Assembly (NCBI GenBank): GCA_951406725.2
Contig: OX597818.1
Coordinates: 136,028,001-136,092,000 of the forward strand
Origin: Octopus vulgaris
Lineage: Eukaryota
DNA length: 64,000 nucleotides
Reading direction: 5' to 3'
The translations under genes were made by a program, and so were the position numbers. Below, one piece after another: positions 39,616 through 51,007 of this stretch. Each line of letters opens with the position of its first letter. Within the stretch, counting starts at the first letter, position 1. The notes under the pieces are model-generated. The model worked only from the letters and a program-made list of their open reading frames with translations, was not told the DNA's origin and did no database searches.

Positions 39616-40076
39616 CTCTTTTATATATATAGATAAATAATCTGAAAATCGTCGTAAGCACAAGCCAATGAAGTTTTTTTTAGCAACGTCCAGACTGCGG
39701 GAGAAAGAAGACAGTGCAGTGTACTTAAATAGGAATCTAGGACAATACAAGAGTCAGAATAAATCTATAGGACAAAAGTGACCAACAGTGACCAGCAGAA
39801 ATCTGTATTATTGCTGTTTGTGATATTCTAATCAGCGCTGTACTCGTACGAAAATCAATAAAACATACGGCTTTGTATATTTTTAGAATATACTTTATAT
39901 ATTATTTCATATGACATATAAAAGTGGCGAAATATTGAAAGGCGTGGGAAATAATAAATCTCATGGTTTGTTCAATTTCTTTTTTCCGGTATGAGTTTTC
40001 TCACTTTGCGTTTGTTGACGCACCAACAGCATCGCATGACGATGATGATGATAATGATGAGAGTTATAATTCATAA

Positions 40077-40620
40077 GGCGGCGAGCTGGCAGAAACGTTA
40101 GCACGCCGGGCGGATTGCGTAGCCGTATTTCGTCTGCCGTTACGTTCTGAGTTCAAATTCCGCCGAGGTCGACTTTGCCTTTCATCCTTTCGGGGTCGAT
40201 AAATCAAGTACCAGTTATGCACTGAAGTCGATGTAATCGACTTAATCCGTTTGTCTGTCCTTGTTTGTCCCCTCTGTGTTTAGCCCCTTGTGGGTAGTAA
40301 AGAAATAGGTATTTCGTCTGCCTTTACGTTCTGAGTTCAAATTCCGCCGAGGTCGACTTTGCCTTTCATCCTTTCGGGGTCGATAAATTAAGTACTAGTT
40401 GCGTACCGGAGTCGATCTAATCGAATAGCCCCCTCCCCCAAAATTTCGGGCCTTGTGCCTTGAGTAGAAAATCATTTCGTCCGTCTTTACGTTCTGAGCT
40501 CAAATTCCACCGAGGTCGACTTTACCTTTTATCCTTTCGGGAGTCGATAAAATGGAGTCGATGTAATTGACTTACCTCCTCCCTTAAAATTGCTGGCCTT
40601 TTGCAAAAATTTGAAACCAA
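40077..40620 (+). mobile_element. SINE-A trimer with three different tails
   Basis: Full unit 40077-40307, headless unit from ggtatttcgtc at 40308 with tail 2, headless unit from atttcgtcc at ~40474 with the older tail ttgctggcc..tttgaaacc. Confidence 0.88.
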
Positions 40621-40783
40621 TATTTGTCTGGTTGTTGTTGTTTAGTTTGGTCCTCTCTGAGTAGACCTACAATCATATATTCTGTCTATGGTTACCTCGT
40701 CATATTCAAAGAGTTCTGGCCTCCATCTTTTATTAATGACCGTGGATGAAGATCCCAGATGTCCGCCCTGTTAGTACAGCATT

Positions 40784-40863
<80 letters not shown>

Positions 40864-41401
40864 GTATAGAGTGTTCGATAGGATCTAAACCTGGGCAATA
40901 TGGTGTGGAAGACAGTTTGAAGCCCATGTAGATGTCCTCCTCTCTACGTCGCTATTGTATCCAAAGGAACAGCACGCCGGTTACAATTTGGTGCCGGCGT
41001 CGTCGCAGGAGTTGTCAGAACGAGGCTGTAGACAACGTCGAAATGTCACAGAGGTTTCAACTCTCGATTTTTCCTTCAGGTTTACTTCCGAAGCCTTTCA
41101 GATGTTAGACAAACAATACTAATGTGGCTTTTGTTTTTTTTAAGATCATAGGGTTGAACCGGTAACTTGAGCCACAAGACAACCCACTTGACAAACACAA
41201 CTAATTACGTGACCAATAAAATTGTGATGGATAGAACTGAATTAAATTAATTGATTTCTACATACATTGGTCACAGAAAGATGTTGGTATCATAAAATCT
41301 TAAATTTCCTTGAAAATATAAAACAGCAAGAAGCTGATAATTCTTAACTACCTTTAATTTTTCACTCTTCTTCTTTCAAAACAAAACGAGAGAGAGAGGG
41401 A

Positions 41402-41477
<76 letters not shown>

Positions 41478-42248
41478 TACACAACCTCCTTTTTTTGCCT
41501 TTAATGGTTCATATTAATTTTCAACATCTTTCAATTTTAATTTCTGCTAGTTGGTTTTGTTTAATTAAATTGACCTGATATCATGTTTCTTAATTAAGTA
41601 ATAAGGATTTCTTACATTGGCAAAAAGCCACAGATTTATAAGAAAGGAGTATAATCCACGAAGTTGACCTCAATATACAACTAACATTGTTTTTTTTTAT
41701 CGATCTCGGAATGAAGGAACTTAAAGACAGTAAAGACACCATCGGCAGAGGTACCCATAATTATCACAAGTCATTTTGTTCAGCGCTTTTACTGATTCTG
41801 CCAACCCTCTGCTTCTACTGATGATGATGACGATGATGATTATGACGATGATGATAATGACGATGATGATGATGATGATGATGATAACAAGCAATTTTAG
41901 AGGGGGGAAAGGATTACACTGACCTCAGTATTTAATACTCTAATAAGCTCCTAAGAAATAATTGGCAAAAACGTGGCCCAAGCGAGTAACGGTTAAGCTT
42001 AGCTAAGCTATACACCACAACATGTTACTTATATATCTCCTTTCTACATCGTATTTTAGAGAGTAGGTTGTAGTCTGAGGGGCATTTGGCAGCTTTTTCT
42101 AGTAAGTTATGCAATCACAAGTTTCCCTGTTGACCTGACAGGTTATATATGGAGCGAAAAAGAATAATTTCTTTATATACATAATGCCTTTCTGGTATCA
42201 CTGTGTTGTGGGAAGAATGAGCATAAGAAAACTGTTCATATATGTGGT

Positions 42249-42634
42249 GGAAGCTCTCTGTCGGTTACGACGACGAGGGTTCCGGTTGATCCGAATCAAC
42301 GGAACAGCCTGCTCGTGAAATTAACGTGTAAGTGGCTGAGCACTCCACAGACACGTGTACCCTTAACGTAGTTCTCGGGGATATTCAGCGTGACACAGAG
42401 AGTGACAAGGCCGGCCCTTTGAAATACAAGTACAACGGAAACAGGAAGTAAGAGTGAGAGAAAGTTGTGGTGAAAGAGTACAGCAGGGATCACCACCATC
42501 CCCTGCCTGGAGCCTCGTGGAGCTTTTTAGGTGTTTTCGCTCAATAAACACTCACAACGCCCGGTCTGGGAATCGAAACTGCGATCCTATGACCGCGAGT
42601 CCGCTGCCTAACCACTGGGCCATTGCGCCTCCAC
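42249..42634 (-). mobile_element. SINE family B
   Basis: Full-length family match. Confidence 0.92.
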
Positions 42635-42699
42635 CACGTCCAAATATGTAACCCAGACATCACTGATTCCATGAAGGCAGACAGACTCTGAAAACATCA

Positions 42700-43300
42700 T
42701 GTAAAGGGGGCCATGCAACCTTGTATCCTTTAATAGCACAAATGAAGATAACATTAACATCACACAACTGGAATCATCACCACCGAAACAGATGACTGAT
42801 GATCTCTCTTGACGAATACGCAACCTCAACATAGCAAAGACCGCATTGCAACGATTGGCTCTCCTCTTCAGAACCAGTAAATGTTTCAGCTTCTAACAAC
42901 TAATTAATAACCCTCTGTCAAGCTCAATTGAGATCTCTTCAACGGTGTACTTTTCCCATATTTAGAACGGTGGTGCTACTTCCCCTATCATCACACTTCG
43001 TAAACCATATCCGTGGAGGCGCAATGGCCCAGTGGTTAGGGCAGCGGACTCGCGGTCATAGGACCGCGGTTTCGATTCCCAGACCGGGCGTTGTGAGTGT
43101 TTATTGAGCGAAAACACCTAAAAGCTCCACGAGGCTCCGGGGCGGGAGTGGTGGCGATACCTGCTTCCATCGGAGTGCTTCCATCCAAACCATATCCAGA
43201 AAAGACCACCCGACTGATTGACTTAAAGATGCTCACCAACTTACTCCATCTTCTGGCTTATGGACGTGCTGTCTCCTCTTTCTGCCTTTTCTGTCTCAGA
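42700..43300 (+). pseudogene. Decayed CR1/Daphne-like LINE ORF2 C-terminal fragment
   Basis: DDLS*RIRNLNIAKTALQRLALLFR; ..RLIDLKMLTNLLHLLAYGRAVSSFCLF (cf. L.PL.HRR.V.SL.LFY); split by a mini SINE-B. Confidence 0.65.
43013..43186 (+). mobile_element. Internally deleted SINE-B with intact ends
   Basis: Head plus terminal cggagtgcttccatcc; TSD aaaccatatcc (43002-43012 / 43187-43197). Confidence 0.9.
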
Positions 43301-43383
43301 GGGACTACGAAGGCAATAGGTAGAACACCTTCCTAGAAAGGAAACCGATAAAAAATCATTAAAAGAAAAACGTGACCAACATA

Positions 43384-43865
43384 GGCACAGGAGTGGTCGC
43401 GTGGCCGAGAAGCTTGCTTCCGAACCATATCAGTTCAGTCCCACCGCCTGGCACCATGGGCAAGTGTCCTGAACTATAGTCTCGGGCCGACCAAAGTTTT
43501 GTGAGAGGGTTTGGTAGATAGGAACTGAAAGAAGCCTTTCGTATACATACATACATACATACATACATACATACATACATACATACATACATACATACAT
43601 ACATACATACGTACATAAACGCACACACAGGCACAGATATACGTGTGTGTGATTGTGTTTGTGTTTGTTCCCAACCATCGTTTGACAGCTGATACTGGTT
43701 TGTCTATTCCCCCGTAACTTAGCAGTTCGGCAAAAAGACTCGACAGAATGAATATCAAGCTTTAAAAAGTAAGTATTGGAGTCGATGTGTTCGACTAAAC
43801 CCTTCAGTGTGGTGCCTCAGCATGGCCGCAGTCCAGTGACTGAAACAAGTAAAAGATAAAGATAA
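43384..43865 (+). mobile_element. SINE family C (older, (CATA)n interior)
   Basis: Head ggcacaggagtgg..; tail cagcatggccgcagtccagtgactgaaacaagtaaaaga. Confidence 0.85.
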
Positions 43866-44378
43866 CACAAAACGAAAGATAAAAGATTATACACACACAC
43901 ACACACATATACAGACACACACACATGTATATATATATATATATATATATTCGCATATACGCATACATGTGTGTGTGTGTTAATTGTCCAAGACTTCGTG
44001 ACAAACAAAGGCGAGTTGATGGTCGATAAAAGATGACGCATGCAGATATAATAGACAGATAATGAAAGAAATCGACCAATGGGGAAACGGCAAACGATGC
44101 AGTCATTAAACAACAACAAAAATAATAATAAATGCACTGCCTGACAATATCAGCGGCGAGCAACGATGGGTAATCATCAATTATCGGGAGCAGATGGAAC
44201 ACAAACTTATCAATAGGGTTCAAGTGGGGGAAAAGACCCAAGCACAATGTCGCAAGTATTAATGCATAAATTATTCGTGATTATTACAAGAGCATCCGTT
44301 TATGTTCCAACTACACCGATACAAAGTGGGAAATGGAAGATAAATTCTAGGCAGTTAATTTCGATTGGAGTCCCCTCT

Positions 44379-44757
44379 CACTCCGTCGGTTACGACGATG
44401 AGGGTTCCGGTTGATACGAATCAACGGAACAGCCTGCTCGTGAAATTAACGTGTAAGTGGCTGAGCACTCCACAGACATGTGTACCCTTAACGTAGTTCT
44501 CGGGGATATTCAGCGTGACACAGAGAGTGACAAGGCCGGCCCTTTGAAATACAGGTACAAGAGAAACAGGAAGTAAGAGTGAGAGAAAGTTGTGGTGAAA
44601 GAGTACAGCAGGGATCACCACCATCCCTTGCCGGAGCCTCGTGGAGCTTTAGGTGTTTTCGCTCAATAAACACACACAACGTCCGGTCTGGGAATCGAAA
44701 CCGCGATCCTACGACCGCGAGTCCGCTGCCCTAACCACTGGGCCATTGCGCCTCCAC
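44379..44757 (-). mobile_element. SINE family B
   Basis: Family match; ttcgattg duplicated at the flanks. Confidence 0.92.
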
Positions 44758-45120
44758 TTCGATTGAGTACCATCATAGATTTGATAAAGATCTTCAAGAC
44801 ATCGCGTGATTAAATTAGAGGAACTGGAAAAGAAGGGATGCTAAGGGAGCAAGAATTTTAGAGCGTTTGACATGCATTTAGCTGCCAGCTTACATATTTT
44901 CTGTACAAATTCTGTCGAGGTTGTCTCTTCGTTATTTCGGAGTTCTATAAAATAAAGTACCAATAGAATACAGAGATTATGATTGACGCCAGATTGATGT
45001 ACATCACACTAAGGTGTGGTAGGTCTGCTTTTCAATAATTAGGTATTTGACGAACGACATACATAATACAGAGGAGGACATGTGAAACCCGACCATATTT
45101 TGTATTAAAAAAACAACAAC

Positions 45121-45341
45121 TTTACTCTTTTACTTGTTTCAGTCATTTGACTGCGGCCATGCTAGAGCACCGCCTTTAGTCGAGCAAATCGACCCCGGGA
45201 TTTATTCTTTGTAAGCCCAGTACTTATTCTATCGGTCTCTTTTGCCGAACCGCTAAGTGACGGGGACGTAAACACACCAGCATCGGTTGTCAAGCAATGC
45301 TAAGGGGACAAACACAGACGCACAAACACAAACACACATAC

Positions 45342-45394
<53 letters not shown>

Positions 45395-45560
45395 TGCGAC
45401 AGGCTTCTTTCAGTTTCCGTCTACCAAATCCACTCACAAGGCATTGGTCGGCCCGGGGCTATAGCAGAAGATACTTGCCCAAGATGCCACGCAGTGGGAC
45501 TGAACCCGGAACAATGTGGTTGGTTAGCAAGCTACTTACCACACAGCCACTCCTGCGCCT
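45121..45560 (-). mobile_element. SINE family C
   Basis: Full-length; an older C copy follows at ~45585-45905. Confidence 0.92.
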
Positions 45561-46247
45561 ATTTATGTTTTTGTCAAACTGTAGTTTATCTTTTACTTGT
45601 TTCAGTCATTATTGCGGCCATACTGGGGCACAGCCTTGGAGAATCTTTTGGTTGAATGAATCGACCCTAGTACTTTTTTTCTAAGCTTGGTACTTATTCT
45701 ATCGTTCTCTATTGCCAACGAAAACACACAGCACCGGTTGTCAAATGGTGGGGAGACACACATACACACGACGGGCTTCTTTCAATTTCTGTCTACCAAA
45801 TCCACTGACACGGTTTTGGCTGGCTCGAGGCTACAGTAGAAGACACGAACCCGAAACCATGTGGTTGGGAAGCAAGTTTCTTACCACTCAGCCACGATGC
45901 GCCTATGTTAAAAATAGCAAAAAAATTCTGTTTCAACTTGTCTTGAAATTATTTTCAATACTCTTAATATGTATTTTGTAAAATCAAGAATATTGGTGTC
46001 GGAAGTGTGATGGAGCGGACATGGCTGTGTGGTTAATAAGTTCATAATTATGTAGTTTGGAGTTAGATTCATCGGGGCAGTATCTTGGACAAGTATCTTT
46101 TAACCATAGCCTATATTCGACCAGTGTATAGTGAGTGAAATATAGACGGATACGCGGCAGAATCTTATTAGACGGACTGTTTTAGTTCTTGTAAAGTAGA
46201 CATAAGCATAATCAGGTTTAAGGCCACCACATCGCCTCTGGGTGTGT

Positions 46248-46286
<39 letters not shown>

Positions 46287-46460
46287 ATTTGGCTCAAAAG
46301 CAAATAGCAAGGCCATGTAGGGGGACATGGAGTTAAGTACAGGGTGGTGTTCATGTAAAGAGTTCAGGCCACTTGAGGTCAAGGGAGGCTTTGAACAAAG
46401 CGGTCGTCGGCATCTTCACCATCTCGTCTGGCAGCTTGTTCCACGGATCCACAACCCGAG
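46248..46460 (-). mobile_element. CR1-type LINE extreme 3' end with (TAAC)n tail
   Basis: Minus strand RVVDPWNKLPDEMVKMPTTALFKASLD (cf. RVV..WN.LP..VV......FK..LD), then a short UTR and taactaac repeats. Confidence 0.82.
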
Positions 46461-46900
46461 TCTATTCTGTTCAAAAATTTGGATCAAGCCTGAGGAAAAT
46501 TTCCTCTCTTCCTCCCACCAATCTTTGAAAAGTGTCTTGTGTGCTGCCTTCTCTCACTAAGCCATTAAAAAAAATGGAGTTCCTCCCTATGAGGTTTTTG
46601 AATATTTGCTTTCAGGATAACCTATCTTATTAATAACCAAAGGAAGAGCTTGCATGTGGCCGCTCGACCTCCTAGAAAGTGCAGCCAGCTCTACCACGAA
46701 TCACACCCTACCATCTCAGAAATGGAAGGCAACATTAGATAATGTCATTGCGGATGGATAGCTCTAAAAAGATGAACTGACCACGGCTTGGCTACTGGGT
46801 CAACTCACTCACTAAATCACATCGATAACAACCTACCTGCTCGAGGTAGGGATTTTCAATGAACTACAACAGTAAAAATAATGGCAACAAGAAACAAACA

Positions 46901-47071
46901 AGCGCAGGAGTGGCTGTGTGGTAAGTAGCTTGCCTAGCAACCACATGGTTCTGGGTTCAGTCCCACTGCGTGGCATCTTGGGCAAGTGTCTTCTGCTATA
47001 GCCTCGGGCCGACCAAAGCCTTGTGAGTGGATTTGGTAGACGGAAACTGAAAGAAGCCTGTCGTATATATG

Positions 47072-47102
<31 letters not shown>

Positions 47103-47332
47103 TTGTGTGTGTTTGTGTGTCGGTGTTTGTCCCCCTAGCATTGCTTGACAACCGATGCTGGTGTGTTTACGTCCCCGTCACTTAGCGGTTCGGCAAAAGA
47201 GACCGATAGAATAAGTACTGGGCTTACAAAAGAATAAGTCCTGGGGTCGAGTTGCTCGACTAAAGGCGGTGCTCCAGCATGGCCGCAGTCAAATGACTGA
47301 AAGCAAGTAAAAGAGTAAAAGAGTAAAGAGTA
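46901..47332 (+). mobile_element. SINE family C
   Basis: Full-length with (gagtaaaa)n end. Confidence 0.92.
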
Positions 47333-49040
47333 AACCAAGCCAATAAAATAACTAAGGATTTGGCCAATTCTGGATATTTTGGTTGTTTTTGTTTCTCGAT
47401 TAATAAATCTGGAAAAAAAAAATTCAACTCATTACGAGTTGGTTGCATGACTGTTTTGCTCTACTAGTTTACAAAGCAATCGGCTTGTCATTATGCTGCA
47501 CTACGAGATAGTTATATGATCGTTATGCTCTGCTAGTTTTCCAGTAGAGAAGATGTTACTATGTTGCTTGGAGACGCGTATTACTCTGCAATAAAAAAAA
47601 ACACACATCAATGTTTTTTTATGCTACACGTCTGAAGCTTCACTTTCATATCTTACACACGTTCAACTCATGATGACATAGCTGTATATATATAATTAAC
47701 TATACGAACTCATCAACACTAAGCGCTTTATCACTTTCATACAAAAAATATTGTTTTTTTTTGTTTTCTGACATGTTCCCGAAGATTGAATTTATAAATC
47801 AACGATGCTAATAGTTTCTTTAATATCAATTATGCATAAGAGAAGAGAACAAAATAGCACTGAAATAAAGTACAGTTTGTTTCATAATAAGCTGTTGTTA
47901 GTTTATTTTCTTTTACAGGCTCCCCGAGAAACTGTTTCTAAAAGCTTTCTAACGCAGTTCTCTCTGAAGGCAGAAAAACCCCATATTTTACAATTATCTC
48001 TCACCAGCAGATGGAGTTATTCAAACATGACAGATAGTAATTAGGAGATATAAAACGGTACAGAAATAAGCCAAAACAGAACGTGGTTGTAGAAACGGCA
48101 ATAATCCACGGAGATTGAATTTCATTTTACACTTTATATTGATGTTTTATTGACTCTGTAACGAAGAATTAGATTAATTCTTTCACTAAACACGTAGATC
48201 CGTGATGCTGTGGATGAACTCATGCTTCTTAAAACTTTTTTTTTTAATTACTTGTTCAGATGGGGAAGATTAGCGGCCATAAGTTTTTATCAGGATCTGC
48301 AAGACTGGTAGAAAGAAGGGACGAAGTTATCCTTAAGCCAGAGACCTTGCAATAGAGTGGACTCTATTAAATACATTCAAGGCACCATGTATTGGTGTTA
48401 AAGTGGACGATTGATTAAGTCTATCACTCAAGAACAGAAACGGGTCTCTCTAGCGGGCTTCCACAGACTTTCTGTTTAGTAAATTTTAACCTCAGAGCTC
48501 TGGTCGACTCGAGGTTATACCAAAGTATACAATACACTTTCCCTAAGTTGTCGCGCTGTGGGATCCAACCAGAAACCATGAAATTGTGAAACGAACGTCT
48601 TAATAGTATGGCCATGCCTTGAATTCAAATGAGAAATATGTTTTTCTTGGGCAGACTTTACTAGCATACTGTTCGTAAGCTTCCTTTGAAAAGCCTATAT
48701 CTCACTGTTAAATGAACGGGGAAGAAATTGCAAAAATACCTTGTTCCTGTTCAGAGACGTAACAAAATACTTCAAAAAGTTTTAAGCTCATGATGACCCA
48801 CAAACTGGTAATCTAATACAGGACCGTCTTCCTTACTTACTCAGTCAAATAACGATTTTAACTAACTCCTAATATTTTCCTAATCAGCAGGGCGTTGACC
48901 TGCCAGAACCGTTAGCACGCCAGGGAAAATATTTAGCGGCATTTTGTCCGTCTTTACGTTCTAAGTTCAAATTCCACCGGGATCGACGTTGTCTTTCATC
49001 CTATCGAGGCTGATAAAATAAGTACAAGTTGAACAATGTA

Positions 49041-49310
49041 TATTTCTTTACTACCCACAAGGGGCTAAACACAGAGAGAACAAAGAAGGACAGACAAACG
49101 GATTAAGTCGATTATATCGACCCCAGTGAGTAACTGGTACTTAATTTATCGACCCCGAAAGGATGAAAGGCACAGTCGACCTCGGCGGAATTTGAACTCA
49201 GAACGTAACGGCTGACGAAATACGGCTACGTATTTCGCCCGGCGTGCTAACGTTTCTGCCAGCTCGCCGCCTTATGCCAGCTCGCCGCCTTGTGCCAGCT
49301 CGCCGCCTTT
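49041..49310 (-). mobile_element. SINE-A nested antisense in an older A-like SINE (48890-49385)
   Basis: TSD aagttgaacaatgta (49026-49040 / 49311-49325); 5' end triplicated. Confidence 0.92.
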
Positions 49311-50142
49311 AAGTTGAACAATGTAATCGACTTTCCCCCCATATCGCCGAAATTACTGGCCTGGTGCCGAAATTTGAAACCAATAATTTTTAAAATCAGT
49401 TTATTTACTCGCTTGGAAACACTAAAAATAATCCAACTAACTCGTCTTTAATATCCATTCGGTTGCCTTAACATATGAGAAAAAAGAAAAAAAAAAAAAA
49501 AGAAACCCGAAGAACTCTCAGTTTTCAAAATAACGATGACTAATTTACAAGTAAAAGGCTATAAGACTATAGCTAGCAGGTTATATAAGTTGGATTTTAT
49601 TAACGTAATGCAGCAGAATTGTTTTCTTCAAATGCCGTTGTTAAACAGATAATGGTACTGGAGATTCATAGAGAGTATTTCTAGTATAAAATAAAGATTG
49701 TTCGTGCAAGAAGACTTATGAAATACTTCAGATTAAATTGCAAATTGAAAATAACGTCTGTGTGAGGTTTCAACTGATAGATGCGGTGAAGAACGAACGG
49801 AAAAGGTGAAGCCCAATATCTTTCAGTTTCCGAAAAGCCATGCATGTTATATGCTGTTTTTAGATTTGCAATGCTTATTGACACAGGAAGAAAAAAGTTT
49901 ACACTGAAAGACAAATATTTTCTTATTAAATTCACAGAATGTACAGAAAATTTCTTTAATAAGTTTCGAAAAGCGCAGGCATGGTCGTATAGTAAGAAGT
50001 TTGCTTTCCAGTCACATGGTTTCGGGTTCGGTGCCACTGCGTAGTACCATGGGCAAGTGTCTTTCCTGTATAGCATCGAGTTGGACAAATAATTGTGAGT
50101 GGATTTGGTAGGTAGAAATTGAAAAGAAAACCGATTATATAT

Positions 50143-50372
50143 GGCGGCGAGCTGGCAGAAACGTTAGCACGCCGGGCGAAATGTGTAGCCGTATTTCGTC
50201 TGTCGTTACGTTCCGAGTTCAAATTCCGCCGAGGTCGACTTTGCCTTTCATCCTTTCGGGGTCGATAAATTAAGTACCAGATACGCACTGGGGTCGATAT
50301 AATAGACTTAATCCCTTTGTCTGTCCTTGTTTGTCCCCTCTGTGTTTAGCCCCTTGTGGGTAGTAAAGAAAT
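50143..50372 (+). mobile_element. SINE-A inserted in the TA interior of an old SINE-C (49972-50520)
   Basis: Family match; C head upstream and C tail downstream. Confidence 0.9.
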
Positions 50373-50934
50373 ATATAAATGTATGTATGTGTATGTGTGT
50401 GCGTATGTGTATTTGTACTTGTGTCAGTCTCCTCACCGCTTGAAAACCTGTGTTGTTTCATTTACGTTCCTTCAAGGCGATGCTCTAGAACGGCCACAGT
50501 AATAACTGAAACATGTAAAAGGGATTACTGATTTAAGATGGCAGAAATTAATGTTAAGATTATAGTGCAAAAGCTGAAGAAAACATTTCAAACACACTTT
50601 TCTTCTAATTCGTTCAGAGAAAAATGTTCGTGGAAAAAAAAGTTGGCCAAAATTTTTTCATAAAACATACATCGTAGGATTAGAAATATGGCCTAAGGAA
50701 AACAGCTTCGAAGAGCGTTCTGTTTATCAAATACAAATATAGCAGAGTTTTTTTTTATGCGTAATTATAGTGAATTGATAAGCTACGATTAATTGAGATC
50801 GTTCAAGCAATTATGAGTAAAAGCTCCCTTTAGGGATGGGTGTTTAAACGGAGAAAGTTCCAATAACATCAGCCGCTGAAATTTTAGGAAAATAAAGACA
50901 ATACAGATAGGAGGGATCTGAGGCAGCTAGCTGC

Positions 50935-51007
<73 letters not shown>

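Noticed and set aside
40880-41100. Possible RTE/BovB-like 5'UTR with an HDV-like ribozyme
   Set aside because: Only vague similarity from memory; could not build the nested pseudoknot
48259-48310. Possible exon encoding WGRLAAISF (BH1-like)
   Set aside because: Short chance match; weak donor, stop immediately after, no supporting exons
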